A stretch of 64,000 nucleotides of DNA, from contig NC_083411.1 in the NCBI RefSeq assembly GCF_020745735.1, positions 17,505,263 to 17,569,262 of the forward strand, read 5' to 3'. This document shows positions 1 through 13,019 of the stretch, in pieces. The notes under the pieces are model-generated. The model did not search any database and was not told the DNA's origin. It saw nothing but the letters and a program-made list of their open reading frames with translations. How positions within the stretch are numbered: the stretch's first letter is position 1; each line of letters begins with the position of its first letter. The stretch comes from Hemiscyllium ocellatum. Its lineage: Eukaryota. Both the position numbers and the translations under genes were made by a program.

Positions 1-559
1 TTTACACTTTTTTTTCTCATTTAAATGCTCGCTGAGACAGGGGAAGCTCCCAATTCTGTTTCACGTTGCCAGCAAGTGATCCCAGGTCAAGCATAGCAAA
101 TCAAGACAGTCCAACCATATTTCATAGAAAGGACTTTTACAGCTGGCTTCCAGATTAGAAAGGCTAGTGTGTCCAATGCACACATCCAGTTTTCTACCGT
201 GCATGTGGTTTTCCAATGACGAACAAAACATACTTTGTATTCTGCCTCAATTTGGCTTCTCAACAGGACTTTAGAAATCATGTGTTGAAACTGAGCACTG
301 TCAAGGCTAAGACCTTTTACAGAGCAATGTTTGTTCAAATCATAAAATAAGACTAAACCTTTAGTCAATGCAAACTTACAACTTGATTCATATTTTTCAA
401 GAATTTGGCAAAATGCAGGTATCACAGCCTGCTCTTTTCAAATATAGCATTTCTCAGCCAAGTATTTAAGTACTTTGTGCCTAAGAAGCCATCAGGAAAT
501 AGAGAAATTTGTATAACTCTGTACTTGTGCTAAAATACACAATCATTTGAGATGTTAAT

Positions 560-1830
560 CTATTAATCACTGTATTGAGCAAATTCTTCATCTCAGTCCT
601 AAGTGGTCTACACTTTATTTGGAGCCCATGTTCCACATAACCAGTGGAAACATTCTTCCCTTATCTACACTGTTGCATCTAAAGAATTTTGTAAGATTCA
701 ATTAGGCTACTTTTCACTCTTCTAAGCTCCAGAGAATGCAGGCCCAGTCTCTGCGATCTTTCCTCAAAAGACAACCCTACCATTCCACAATTTGGTCTGA
801 TGAATGTGTTTTGCAGGTGCTCTGGAGGGCATATCTTATGAAGAAAGGTTGAGGGAGCTAGGGCTTTTCTCATTGGAGCGGAGAAGGATGAGAGGTGACT
901 TGACAGAGGCATACAAGATGTTGAGAAGCATAGATAGAATGGATAGCCAGAGACTTCATGATAGACATTTCCACCATGGGATAAGGGGATATAACTTTAA
1001 GGTAATTGGAGGAAGGTTTAGGGGAGATAACAGAGGTATGCTCTTTACACAGAAAACTCTTCTCAACTCCAGAGAATGCAGGCCCAGTCTCCTCAATCTT
1101 TAACCATAGGACAAATCTACCATTCCACAATTCAGTCTGGTGAATGTTCTTTGCAGTTGTTCTACAGCAAGTACTTTTTTTCCTTAGATAAGGAGGCCAA
1201 AACTGTACACAATACTCCAAACGCAGCTTCACCAAGTGCAAAACATCTAGAAAGCCATACTTACCTTTGTACTAAAATTCTCTCACTATAAAAGTGAACA
1301 TATGATTTGCCTCCCTAATTGCTTGCTACACCTATACATTAACGTTCAATGGCTCATGAACAAGGACATAAATATTCTAAATTTGCTTTTCCTACCAAAG
1401 TGGATAACCTCATTTTTTCCATATTATATTCTTGCTCACTTACCCCTTTAAATCCCCTTGATGCCTTTTTTCACCCTCCTCATAACTCACATCTCACTTA
1501 GTTTTGTATTAGTAGCAAACTTGGAAATATTAAATGAGTCCTCCACCTCCACATCATTGATTTGGACTGCAAACAGGTTGATGCACTGATCCTTGCACTA
1601 CCCCATTAGTCACAGCTTGCCGATCTGATGGTGACTTTTTTCCCCCTTATTCTGTGCGTAAGAACATGAACAGGATGGCAGTTGTAACGTGGGAGGGACT
1701 CTTCAGGAGCACAAATTGGGCCCCAATGATCTGTTTCTGTGTTGTAAATTTTACACAAGAAAACAGTCTGTGTCTGAAGGGTGTGGTTTAACCAACTTCC
1801 AGTGAGACAACACCAATGAGAATTATTAGC
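560..1830 (-). mobile_element. Old CR1 LINE fragments (with an opposite-strand piece at about 820-1055)
   Basis: Decayed RT C-terminus: LEYCVQFWPPYL, SYEERLRELGLFSLERRRMRGDL. Confidence 0.75.
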
Positions 1831-1889
1831 TTTGAATAGGAATGGTTCAAAGTGCATACCATGCCAAGCTATAACTACTATACATGTAG

Positions 1890-2070
1890 GAGAAAGTGAG
1901 GACTGCAAATGCTGGAGATCAGAGTCATGAGTGTGGTGCTGGAAAAGTGCAGCAGGTCAGGCAGCATCTGAGGAGCAGGAGGATCAATGTTTCAGGCTCA
2001 CCCCAATAAGTCAATTCTCTTATTCCTTGGATGCTGCGTGACCTGCTGTGCTTATCCAGCACCATACTCT
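1890..2070. mobile_element. Older fold-back PLE-terminus insertion (family A)
   Basis: Inverted arms (GTGGTGCTGGAAAAG...GCAGCATC / GATGCTG...CCAGCACCA); degenerate 15-bp TSD at 1875-1889 and 2071-2085. Confidence 0.7.
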
Positions 2071-4218
2071 CTACGATACATATAGCCAAGTATAAATTGC
2101 AGTTCTATCATGATCCTAGGTTTTAAAGTGCATTGCTTTGGCTCCTGATTGTATAAGGAGAGACCATAGAGAGAGAGCAGAATGGGTGTAAAGGGTGGCT
2201 AGAAAGAGATGGGAGGGGTTGGTTTGGATTCAAAGTAGGAAGGAGAGGATGATATTAATGGGTTCAGAATAACTTCACCTATTCTGAAAGGGAGTGGGGG
2301 TGGGGGGGGGAGGGGGGGAGGGAGGAGTCTTAAATCAGAGATAAAAGGATAATTTAGTACTGCATACTTAAATACAGTAGACCAAACCTTCTTTAAAGTT
2401 GAAACAAAATCAGCTAGCCATTGAAGCTCACTCCGACTCATTCCTAATGCCACATTCAAATTAACTTTAAAGGTGGCCTGGTATACAAAACTGTATTGAG
2501 ACCTTGGGATAAGGTAGCATACAATGAAAATTTATATGCATATAGACTTAGTGTAGTCAATGCAAAACAACAGACTCAGCCCAATCACAAAACTCCAAGC
2601 ATCTTCATAAAAGTTACACATATGCCCACTGTTACCATACATTTGGCTAATGAATTGACTAAGTGCTAGATTTTCAAGAGGCAGTGGAATGGGATGTCTA
2701 ATGATACTGCACGAGGGAAAGAAATGGTAATAAGTACTGTACACAGCAAAAACAACAAAACCGTTGAGTGAAACAATACACATAAGCAATTATTGTTAAT
2801 TAAATGCAGGAAGGGAACTGAAAACAGGATACTTGGCAGTAAATGAATAGAACTTAGGCTTACTGTGATACTATGGAGTTAAAATACACAATTGCTTCTG
2901 CAAGATCCTTGCGGTAAAACAGAAAAATACACAGTACCAGATTTCAAAATGACATTTCTTAAACATATATTTCTGTTTTTAAATTCTCATTTTTGACATG
3001 ATGAAGGGTTTATTAATTTAATGTTAAGTGCAAGTCATAAGCCTGACTTCAAACATCTGACAACTGCATTTTCCTCCTTGATGGAAGAAACCACTTATTC
3101 ACTCTCAGCAGTCGTTAAGATTGTGGTATCAAATCTCCAAACACAGCCTTTTGATTTTTTTTGTCTACTCTAAAAGTACTTGGTAATTTTCCTGCTCTCA
3201 CCGAAAGGTTTTGATTCCTTCTGGGATATCAGCTGTGATAACAGCAAATTCTAGTGCATTAGCCAAGTGGCAATCAAGTGGAGATGTTTACAAAATGGGC
3301 GTCAGCACAGTATTCAAATACCTAGAACATAACAACCAAATCTAACCTTGCTCTAATGCAATATCAACTGGTACATATTTCTAGCAGGAGTCACAATTTG
3401 GGAATGATATTGAATATTCATCCCATAACCTAAGGGACCAAATTGTTACCACTGTTCAGATTTCCCCACACAAAACAGACTCTGGTAACCAAACTCTGAA
3501 GTCTCTTGTATGGCTCAGCAACGTCAGCATTTCCAACGTTACCTTTATCCTTCCAAAGCCAACAATGCAACATCGGCATTTGGAAGTGCATCCATTTGAA
3601 AGGCAAATTCAAGGGCATTAATAATTTAATTATGTCACACTGGAAACCCATAGAAGTCATATGTCCTCAGTATTGTGAAATATTAAAATAAGTTAGGGGT
3701 GCTGATTACTTTAATATTATGCATGCAAATAATTAGTTTCCAAATGTACTTTCTCTGCCACTGGTGCCATTACAACCCTGCACTTCCTGTCATATAATGC
3801 CAGGCCACAGCAAAACTTTAAAGGAAAGGCGTTAGTGGCTATAATGGAAAACCTGGCAGCACCAAACGGAAAGGATAAACACCAATGATAAAATTAAAGT
3901 AATGCTTACAAGCTAATAGTTAAAAACAAAATAGCCAGGCATCTGTTGCGAGACTGCAACACATCCTTGGGACATCAGATGAAATTCAGTAACTGAAGTT
4001 GGGGGAACTGGCTGGAACAGTAGGTTTTGACATTCGTCTCCATTTTCTGCTGCCACTGAGTAAAACGAGCTTGTCAATTTCAACATTATCTGGTTGGTAT
4101 AACACTACAAGATGACCTGTACCAGCATAGCATATTGATGTCCTACTCAGAATGACCACAGAGAATGAAACAATGCTAGTGGAATTGACGCCTTCAGTAG
4201 CGAGAGGTGCTCTTCATT

Positions 4219-4548
4219 GAATCATAGACTTCCTACAGTGTGGAAGCAGGCCATTTGGCCCATTGAGTCCACACTGACCCTCCGAACAGCATCCCATCCT
4301 GATTCATCCCTTACCCCAATTCCTGTAACCCTGTGTTTCCCATAGATAACCCTCCTAGCCTGTATATCCATGGACACTGTGGGACATTTAGCATGACCAA
4401 CCCACCTAATGTGCACATCTTTGGATTGTGGGAGGAAAGCAGAGCATCCAGAGGAAACCCATGCAGACACAGGAGAACACCTGTGTGGGTTTGCACTGTC
4501 ACCTGAAAGGTGGAATTGAACCCAGTGAGGTGACAGTGCTAACCATGC
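4219..4548 (-). mobile_element. tRNA-derived SINE (HE1/V-SINE-like)
   Basis: Reverse complement of the same family. Further minus copies at about 8958-9213, 61164-61408 and 57383-57436. Confidence 0.78.
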
Positions 4549-6210
4549 TCTTCTGGAATTCAGACTGAAGCGAGACAGGACAATGAAAGCTTATTTTTGC
4601 TTTGTTAGGCTGTGTTACTTCTGCCTTAACTTGATGCTGGTGCCTGTCAAGTCAGAAATGTTAGACTACACATCACTGGGTGGATGTCTGCAGCTCAACA
4701 CCCATTCAGGACAGTAGTTCACTTCATGAATGCCCCTGGGCTCAATATCATCCCCCCCCCCCCCCCCCGTTACTGATGCATCATCTACAAGAGCAATTTA
4801 CAGCAATTCCCCAATGCACCAACACCTCATTCCCCAAATCTCCAAAGGGCAGTAAAACAACACTTTGGAAACACTGTCATCTCCAATTCACACAATATGA
4901 CTTGGAAATGTAACGTGTGCTCCTAACTATAGCTGGAATGATATCTGAAACTTGCTATCTGACATCATGAGAGTGCCATTCTTAGTAAAAGGGAAGACCT
5001 ACCACCAACATCTGTGGGCTTATAAGTGCAACTTTTACAAACATCACATCTGACTAACAAACTTATAAACAAAAATACGTAATGAATTAAATTTTCAACA
5101 TTAACATCTTTCACCTTGATAAACTCTAAAATGATCCTCAACCTTTAAAGTTTTAGTGAAATGTTTAGGTTTATTGCATAACACTCCCCCTCATCCCCCA
5201 CCACCATTTACTCAGCCCTGACACCCCCTCCCCCAACATCTTGCAAAAAAGATAGCAGATGGCTTTAGTAATATGCTAAAAGACGTTACATGTAAAAGAG
5301 TTCAATGCGCCAGCTGTCTACTAACGCTGGGGATCTTTTACCACATAATATGCCAAATGCGCATTAAATGAAAAACACTGGCTTAAACTTTCAGTTATCC
5401 ACAAGCAGAAAAGTTGATGGCAAAGAGGTTCATGACTGAAATCCGTTACAGAATGACTGAATTAGAAAGCAGAGCCGTGCACAAACATTAATAAATACAT
5501 TTGTTGCTATTACGTGATTCACAGCTAATTTTAAGGCCATCGGGACTTTTTAAGCACATGATTTGGGATTTATATTGTCTTTAACAGAATAAAATGCCCC
5601 AAGGTGCTTCACAGGAACAAAATCTACACAACATAAAGAGATATTAAGGAACATAACCAAAAGCTTGATTAAAATGGTACATTTTAAGCAATAGTTCAAG
5701 TTTGGAAACAGACACACTAGGAGGAAATTCCAGAGCATGTGGTACATGTAACAAAGGACATGGTCACCAAGACTGGAGTAATTAAAACTGGGATAAAAAT
5801 TAAAAGAACTGCAGATGCTGTGAATCAGAGACAAAAATAGATATTGTTGGAAAAGCTGAGCAGGTCTGGGAGCACCCGTGGAGGGAAATCAGAGTTAACA
5901 TTTCGAGTGGAGTGACCCTTCCTCAAAAGTAGAATGTGGATGGCAGGCCAAGAGTGAATAACGTTACAACTCCTATTGGGAGGCTAAATCATTCTCCCAG
6001 AACATGCTGTGGAGTAACAGCATAAGTCACTCCAGTTCAATTTGCATGATTCTGTTACATCATATTTTGACAACATTGTTGGCTATTTAATTGAAAACAA
6101 AAAAGGAGATTTTAATATTATAGTTAGCCTTCTGATCTAACAATTCAGAACTGAACATGCTTTAAACTACAATTGCAATGCCTCAACATCTTTGTACAAA
6201 TTATTTCTCA

Positions 6211-6595
6211 GTCAGAGTCATACAGCACGGAAATGGACCCTTGACTTCAACTCGTCCACGCCAACAGACATCCCAATCTGACCTAGTCGCACTTGCCAGC
6301 GTTTGGCCCATATCCTCTCAACCCTTCCTATTCACATACCCATCCAGATGCCTTTTAAATGCTGTAATTGTACCCGCCTCCACCACTTCCTCTGGCAGCT
6401 CATTCCATTCACTCACCATTCTCTGCGTGAAAAAGTTACCACTCAGGTCTTTTAAGTCTTTTTCCTCTCACCTTCCACCTATGCCCTCTAGCTCTGGACT
6501 CCCCTTTTCCCCCACCCCCCACCTCGGGGAAACACATTGGCTATTCACCGTATCCATGTTCCTCATGGTTTTATAAACTCTATAAGGTCATCCTT
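6211..6595 (-). mobile_element. CR1 LINE 3' fragment
   Basis: Same 3' end sequence as the other CR1 copies, with ATGACTCTGA tail. Confidence 0.8.
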
Positions 6596-7344
6596 TTCGT
6601 CTTGAAGCATGCATTTTATCTAATCTATAACGCATTCTTAACTGTCTTGTTAGATCTCATTTATTTAGTATTATGCATGCGCAGTGTGCAAAACCGTATT
6701 TTAATTAACAAATAATGTACTAAGCCTGGTTGTGAAGTGATACAATATAGGGCTCAGATTGCGTCCCTTTAACGTTTAGGTAAAATATATCAACTATCGG
6801 AACCGTTAGGTTACGTGAACTGCATGCTGTCCCATTCTGGCTCCAGGCGTGTAATGGTTACCCTCAACTGTTCACAAACGGGTTGTTATTTGACCGTTTA
6901 AACCGTATTTTTTTTACAAAATACAAAGCTGAAGTAGAAAGTGCAGGTGGCCCATTTAAAAAGCAGCCAGTGGGAAAGGTTTCCCTCCTACAACGGGTCT
7001 AAGCTACCTGTGCTGAAAATGGCGGGAGGGAGGCAACTGGGAAATCCTGTCTGTCTTCCCCCTCATCGCCTTCTCAGATTTTGGAACTATTAAGTTAGAT
7101 GCAATTTTATTTTAAGATCATGAAGCCAACGCCCAACTTATTTTCCCCTTTCTATCTCTCCATCCACCCACCCACCCCCACTTTCCTCAGTGAACAATAG
7201 CTGACCAGCAGCCTGGGGGCGAAATGAAGATACAGAATGCAACCTCGCTGTGCAAACGGCCGAGAAAAAAAAATAGCTAATGCTTTTAGCAATAAAAACG
7301 TGTGACTGAGATTTAAGGTGAAGGGTGCGAGGCTATTCACTCAC

Positions 7345-7374
7345 CATCTGCCGAGCTACTTCAGCCGCCGCCAT
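7345..7374 (-). CDS. SEPT6: Septin-6 coding exon 1 (MAAAEVARQM); rest of gene lies left of the window
   Basis: Minus strand reads ATG GCG GCG GCT GAA GTA GCT CGG CAG ATG followed by a GTGAGT donor (7339-7344). Resembles the 10-codon first exon of SEPT6 (human MAATDIARQV), lies in a CpG-enriched region and is head-to-head with SOWAHD as in other vertebrates. Confidence 0.85.
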
Positions 7375-7720
7375 TGTCGATCCGCTGGTGACAAGAAGCT
7401 CGCGGACCCCAGCCACAGGCACTGGATACATGTTGGCCTCTACCACTGCGCTCAAAGGGGGGGGTTAAGGACAGCTACATTCCGTCTCTCTCCACCTCAC
7501 ACATGGTTCCTTTGCTTGATCACTCAGTATCGATTTGTACAAAACCTTAAAATCTCGATTCCTGTTTTTAGCCATCGGCTGCGTTCCCACGTATCAGAAT
7601 TTTATCAACTTGTCGATTGTATCCCCTCTTTCCAGAATGATAGCATCCTCCGTTAGACACATTGTTGCAAGAATAGCGGAAGCGTGAAGTATCTTTTTTT
7701 TGCTCGGATTTGACGAAATG
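7375..7720 (-). promoter_or_regulatory. SEPT6 5'UTR/proximal promoter (CpG-enriched)
   Basis: Local CpG enrichment directly upstream of the SEPT6 ATG; TSS not determined. Confidence 0.5.
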
Positions 7721-10409
7721 TTATTTTCCCAGCTTCAAGAAATTCAGTGGAGTTCCTACATGAGCAACACATTTGCAGTTTTATTTGAACACTAATTTAA
7801 TTGCCATAAAATGGTCATTTCTCGACGCTTTAAACTTCCGAAAACTGCATTACTTATACTATATAGGTCGCAAATTTCAAATCAAAAAATATTTGCAAAG
7901 AAGCGATTCGTTTAGTGCATGTTTCTTAACAATTCGTTATTTTTTTTAAAAATTGCTGTACAAATGATGTGGTTGTTGTAGAGCAGGTGCGGAAATGTCA
8001 GTAATTTTGTTGTCACATAGGCGGCGTCATTGTTACCTCCATGTAATGCAAGTTTTTTTTAAAAGTTGTCTTTTCCCTCCCACTACACTCAGTGGGTGAT
8101 GTCGCTAGACAGCAATAGAGCAACTAGCACCCACGTTTAATTTCAAAGATACCTAACCTTTGGTGTCTCAGTGGATTGACGCAAACTGTAAAGAATTAGA
8201 TCGACTGGATTTACCTCCTACAGTAAACAATGACTAATCCACTATGTCATAGGATGATTCACCCTTCCACTGGACAGAATAAAGCATGTATTTAATTTCG
8301 TCTTAAAATTCAGTCTGTGAACGATCTTAATTTCCTCTGGATACCGATCAAAATCACTTTCGTCCATACCTCGCTCTGCCAGTCCAACCTACAGCACAGA
8401 ATTATAGAAAATCTGCCAGCGCTGGAATCCGGAACAAATACAAAAATTGCTGGGAGAACTCAGCAGGTCTGGCAGCATCTGTGGAGAGAAAACAGAGTTA
8501 ATGTTTCAGGTCCAGTGACCCTTCTTCAGATATAAGAACTAACAGAACATTTTCTGGTATTGTTTTAGTTTTGTTCCGTTTCCTGACATTTTTTTCTTGT
8601 CAAGTCCGAAATTGAATCTGCCTCCTGCACGCGCTCAGGTTATGAATTCCACATCCTAACCACACGGTGCCTAAAAAAATTATTTTCATCCTGTCACCAT
8701 TTGTTCTGTTGCCATTCATCTTTAATAGGTGATTTCTATTTCTCCTCTTTCTTTCGAAGAGAACAGTGTTTTTCTATGTGCACCCCTCAAGATTTTGAAA
8801 ACCTCTACCAGACCTCCATTCAACCTTCCGATCCATCAGGGAAATGATCAGCCAAATAAGTAGTCAGGTAATTTAGCAACAGAGTGTGGTCACGGTGAAG
8901 TTGACTGGTAAGACGTCAACATGTATGCAAAAACTAACTGCGTTTCTGAATAATCAGATAATCCCTACAGTGTGGAAGCAGGCCATTCAGCCCATACCAA
9001 CCGTCCGAAGAGCTCCCACTCAGATTCACCCCATAACTCCACATTTCTCATGGCTAATCCACCAAGCCTGTACATCTTTGGACTGCAGGAGAAAACTGGA
9101 GCACTCAGACATTAGGAGAGTGTGTGTGCAAACTCCACACAGGTAGAACTACAAATCTGGAATTGAACCCAGGTCTTTGGCACTGTGAGGTAGAAGTGCT
9201 CACCATTGAGCCTCTGAAAATGTCAAGATGCAACATCTAGATGAGAGATAGAAGAGGATCAAAGATGGCTCCTTGGATGATCATGTGATGTCTTTTAGCT
9301 TATTACTAAAGCCATCTGCTATCTTTTTTGTAATAGTATCCCAGAGGAAAATAAGTCACTATAATCGGCTATGGTTGGATAGATAAGAAGGGGTCTAGGC
9401 GAAAGCAGTTCCACCCAACTGATTGACAATGGAGAAGTGTTGGAGGAAGATGGTGTGGTCAACCATGTTAATAGATACAAATAGCCCAAGAAGGAAGAGG
9501 AGGTAAAGTTTACTTTAATCACAGTTACACAGATGCCATTTGTCACTTTGGTAACCATTGATTCAGTATTAGAGGTGTTCAGATATGAAGCTCTCAAAAA
9601 GATGACAAGGATTTTATAGGCAACAACATCTTCAAGGAATTTAGAGAAAAAGGGTCATTGAAGATGGGATAACAGCTTGCAAGGCTGGTGGGATAAAAGG
9701 GTTATACCTTTTGAAATAGCAGAATTTGAGAGGGACAATAAAGAGAGAAACATACTCACAATATTATTTGACATGGCGACCAGGAGAAGTTGGTGATTCC
9801 CAGTTTGATAAGAATGGCGTTGAAGGAACACATTGTGAAAAAGATGAGCTCACAGAGGGCTTGAAGAAAAACTCAAGAGGATGTGAGTTCTGGACTTGAA
9901 CAGTGAAAAGCATTAAAGAAAGTTGGGCCAGATAAATTCTGGCAAGTGGGACTAGATCATATTAGGATATCTGGTCAGCATGGACTAATTGGATCGAAGG
10001 GTGTGTTTCCATGCTGTATAACTCTATGAGTCTATGAGGTGTGCTTATGGAAAGCATTGTTATAGCAGAAACAGGTTATAAGATGGTCCTGTTCTTAAGA
10101 GTGTATCCTGTATTTTAGGATTATCCTGGAAGTGAGCAGATTTAGCAGATAAGAACAGTATCTGATACTGCTTTCTGTGATCCAGCAAATCTGGCAGTGG
10201 GTAGCAAAATAAATTGTCCACTATATCTTTATATGCTGTGCCCCATGTGCTTGAGTAGTGGAGAGGAGGGCAATAAAAAACACGGAATTGTTGGTGCAAG
10301 AGAGAGCACTGGTTTTATAGGGCATCAAAAATGGACGTGAGGGTGTAGTTTAGGTAGCCAGGTGACTGCATAGATATTGTAGTGAATGGGAGGGCCAGGA
10401 ACTAGACAA

Positions 10410-10818
10410 TTATACAGCATCTTTACAAGGATAATCTTATATAGGTTTTGTCACAGCCATTGCATATCTCAAAGCATTTGACCAATGAAGTATGTTATGA
10501 TGTCATCATTGTATTGTAGGAAAGATAGCAGCTAATGTGCACACAAAAAAAGCTCCCATAAACAGCAATTGTCATATTGATCAAGGGATAAATATTGGCA
10601 CAAGGGATAACTCCACTGACACTTCTTCAAATATTGCAATTTGATCTTTTACATCTAGCTGATAGAACGGATCGGTTAAACATCTGATCTGAATAATGGC
10701 ACCTCCAGTAATGTAGTACTCCTTTGGAGCCTTGATGTTTAAGCTCCAATCTGGGAGTGGGATTTGAACCCAGAGACTTTCAGTGAGAGTGCTACCAACT
10801 AACACTACCACAGCCATA
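10410..10818 (-). mobile_element. Old tRNA-derived SINE, Deu-core-like (SacSINE1/AmnSINE-like)
   Basis: B-box-like GGGTTCAAATCCC and a core resembling GATGTAAAAGATC...TTTGAAGAAG...GCCAATATTTATCCC. A similar decayed plus copy lies at about 47035-47380. Family assignment is from memory. Confidence 0.5.
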
Positions 10819-11368
10819 AATCAGTATAAGTCTTGATGGCAGGTCCCAGGCCAGAAGCCAGCACAAGAAGACAGCAAGACCTCGAGTTCTGAAGCTCAAC
10901 GGACTCTGACTCGGTGAAAAGGACTGTAATTTGAGTACTTTTTAAAGATACTTTTGTTCTTATTCTGGACTTTGAGTAATTCAAGTACTTTTTAAAACTT
11001 TGTATTCTTATGCTAGACCTTTTCTTTCACTCTTTTAATTCTGTAACTAACACTAAAGTATCTGTACCTAGGTATCCTATACCTAATATGATGCCAAACC
11101 GGTGACATTACAAACTTTTCACCTGAGAGCATGTTGACAATAAAGGCAATTCTGTTCTATTCTAAGTCAGCACCTTCAGAAAAGATGAGAAAATGTAGAT
11201 GTTGGGAGATGTAACAGGTCAGCCACATTGTTACCATTGTATTGGGTACAGTAGTTTCAAGCTTGGATCATTGTAAAAGTGGCATTAAGATACTGGAGAC
11301 CAAATGAAGGCAACCAATTCATGTCTGAACTCACAGCAAACTGTGACAATATAACTTAAGTTATTAGT

Positions 11369-11518
11369 CAAAGGAACAGGAGAATTGATGTTTCGGGCAT
11401 AAGCCCTTCTTCAGGAATCGATTTTCCTGTTCCTTTGATGCTGCCTGACCTGCTGCGCTTTTCCAGCAACACATTTCTAAGCTCTGACCTCCAGCATCAG
11501 CAGTCCTCACTTTCTCCT
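11369..11518. mobile_element. Fold-back PLE-terminus insertion (family A)
   Basis: Same family sequence; minus-strand core CUGAAGA-A-GGGC(UUAU)GCCC-GAAA-CA-UC at 11387-11414. Confidence 0.72.
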
Positions 11519-12010
11519 TATTAGACAGTGTGCCAGGCTTAAAAATGAGTGTGGGAAAGGTAGTTTCAATATAACCGTTGCCTAATTTCTCATTAGTTTC
11601 AGTGCTCCCACTCAGTACAATTTGCTTTATATACACCAACACCCAGAACTAGTACTGTACTGACATACATCAATTTACTGTTCAATTTACGTTAAAGTTC
11701 TAACGTCGCCAATGTTTGCCTCATCCATTGTTCTCGTCTATTCCAAATGCATGGAGATGGAGTCCTTTATTTGCTCTTTGAGTATTTTAGATAATTTCAT
11801 AACATAACCTCTGCTGTAAAATGTCAACAAATATTGTGTGAGGCAGTAATAATTATGTTGCCTTCCATTGTTAAATACCCTGATGAAATCCAAGACTAGC
11901 ACCTGTACGGTAGCAGATGAAAAAAATCCTTTCAGAACGCAAGGAGAAGGTTGGCAGAGAGAAAATAAATGTTAAAAGCTTTTAATTTATGGCGTTGATT
12001 TCAATTAAAA

Positions 12011-12800
12011 GAGTCATAGAGTCATAGAAATGTACAGGATGGAAACAGACCCTTCAGTCCAACTCATCCATGCCGACCAGATATCCCAACCCAATCTAAT
12101 CCCACCTACCAGCACCCAGTCCATATCCCTCCAAACTCTTCCTGTTCATATACCCATCCAGATGCATTTTAAATGTTGCAATTGCACAATCCTCCATCAC
12201 TTTCTCTGATGGCCCATTCCATACATGCACCATCCTCTGCCTGAAAAAAATTGCCCCGTAGGTCTCTTTTATATTTTTCCCCTCTCACCCTAAACCTATG
12301 CCTTCTAGTTCTGGACTCCCCCACCCCAGGGAAAAGACCTTGTCTATTTACCCTATCCATGCCCCTCATGATTTTATAAACCTCTGTAAGGTCATCCCTC
12401 AGCCTCCAATGGTCCCAGGAAAACAGCCCTAGCCTGTTCAACCTCTCCCTATAGCTCAAATCCTTCAATCCTGGCAACATCCTTGCAAATCTTTTCTGAA
12501 CCCTTTTAAGTTTCACAACATCTTTCCGATAGGAAGGAGACAAGAATTGCATGCAATATTCCAACAGTGGCCTAACCAATGTCCTGTACAGCCACAACAT
12601 GACCTCCCAACTCCTGTACTCAATACTCTGACCAATAAAGGAAAGCACACCAAATGCCTTCTTCACTATCCTATCTACCTGTGACTCCACTTTTAAGGAG
12701 TTATGAACCCGCACTTCAAGATCTCTTTGTTCAGCAGCACTCCTTAGGACTTTACCATTAAGTGTATAAGTCCTGATAAGATTTGCTTTCCCAAAATTTT
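12011..12800 (-). mobile_element. CR1 LINE 3' fragment
   Basis: ORF 12169-12714 (LYRTLVRPLLEYCMQF...RGDL-type C-terminus); (GACTCTAT)n tail at 12011-12027. Confidence 0.88.
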
Positions 12801-12887
12801 ACAGCACAGAAGGAAGATGTCTGTGCTGATCATCAAACAACCATTCTACTCTCATCCCATTTTTCAGCACTTGACCTCTTGTATGGT

Positions 12888-13015
12888 TTTTTGAAGGGCT
12901 TTTGCCCGAAACATCAATTTTCCTGCTCCTCGGATGCTGCCTGACCTGCTGTGCTTTTCCAGCACCAATCTGATCTAAACTCTAGTTTCCAGCATCTGCA
13001 GTCCTCACTTTTGTC
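12888..13015 (+). mobile_element. PLE-terminus insertion (family A)
   Basis: GAAGGGCTTTTGCCCGAAACATC...GTCCTCACTTTTG; TSD CTTGTATGGT at 12878-12887 and 13016-13025. Confidence 0.72.
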
Positions 13016-13019
13016 CTTG

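Noticed and set aside
87-7340. Short ORFs in SEPT6 intron 1 and other intergenic or intronic short ORFs
   Set aside because: No recognisable protein similarity, or derived from LINE, SINE or PLE remnants; no further septin exon recognised.
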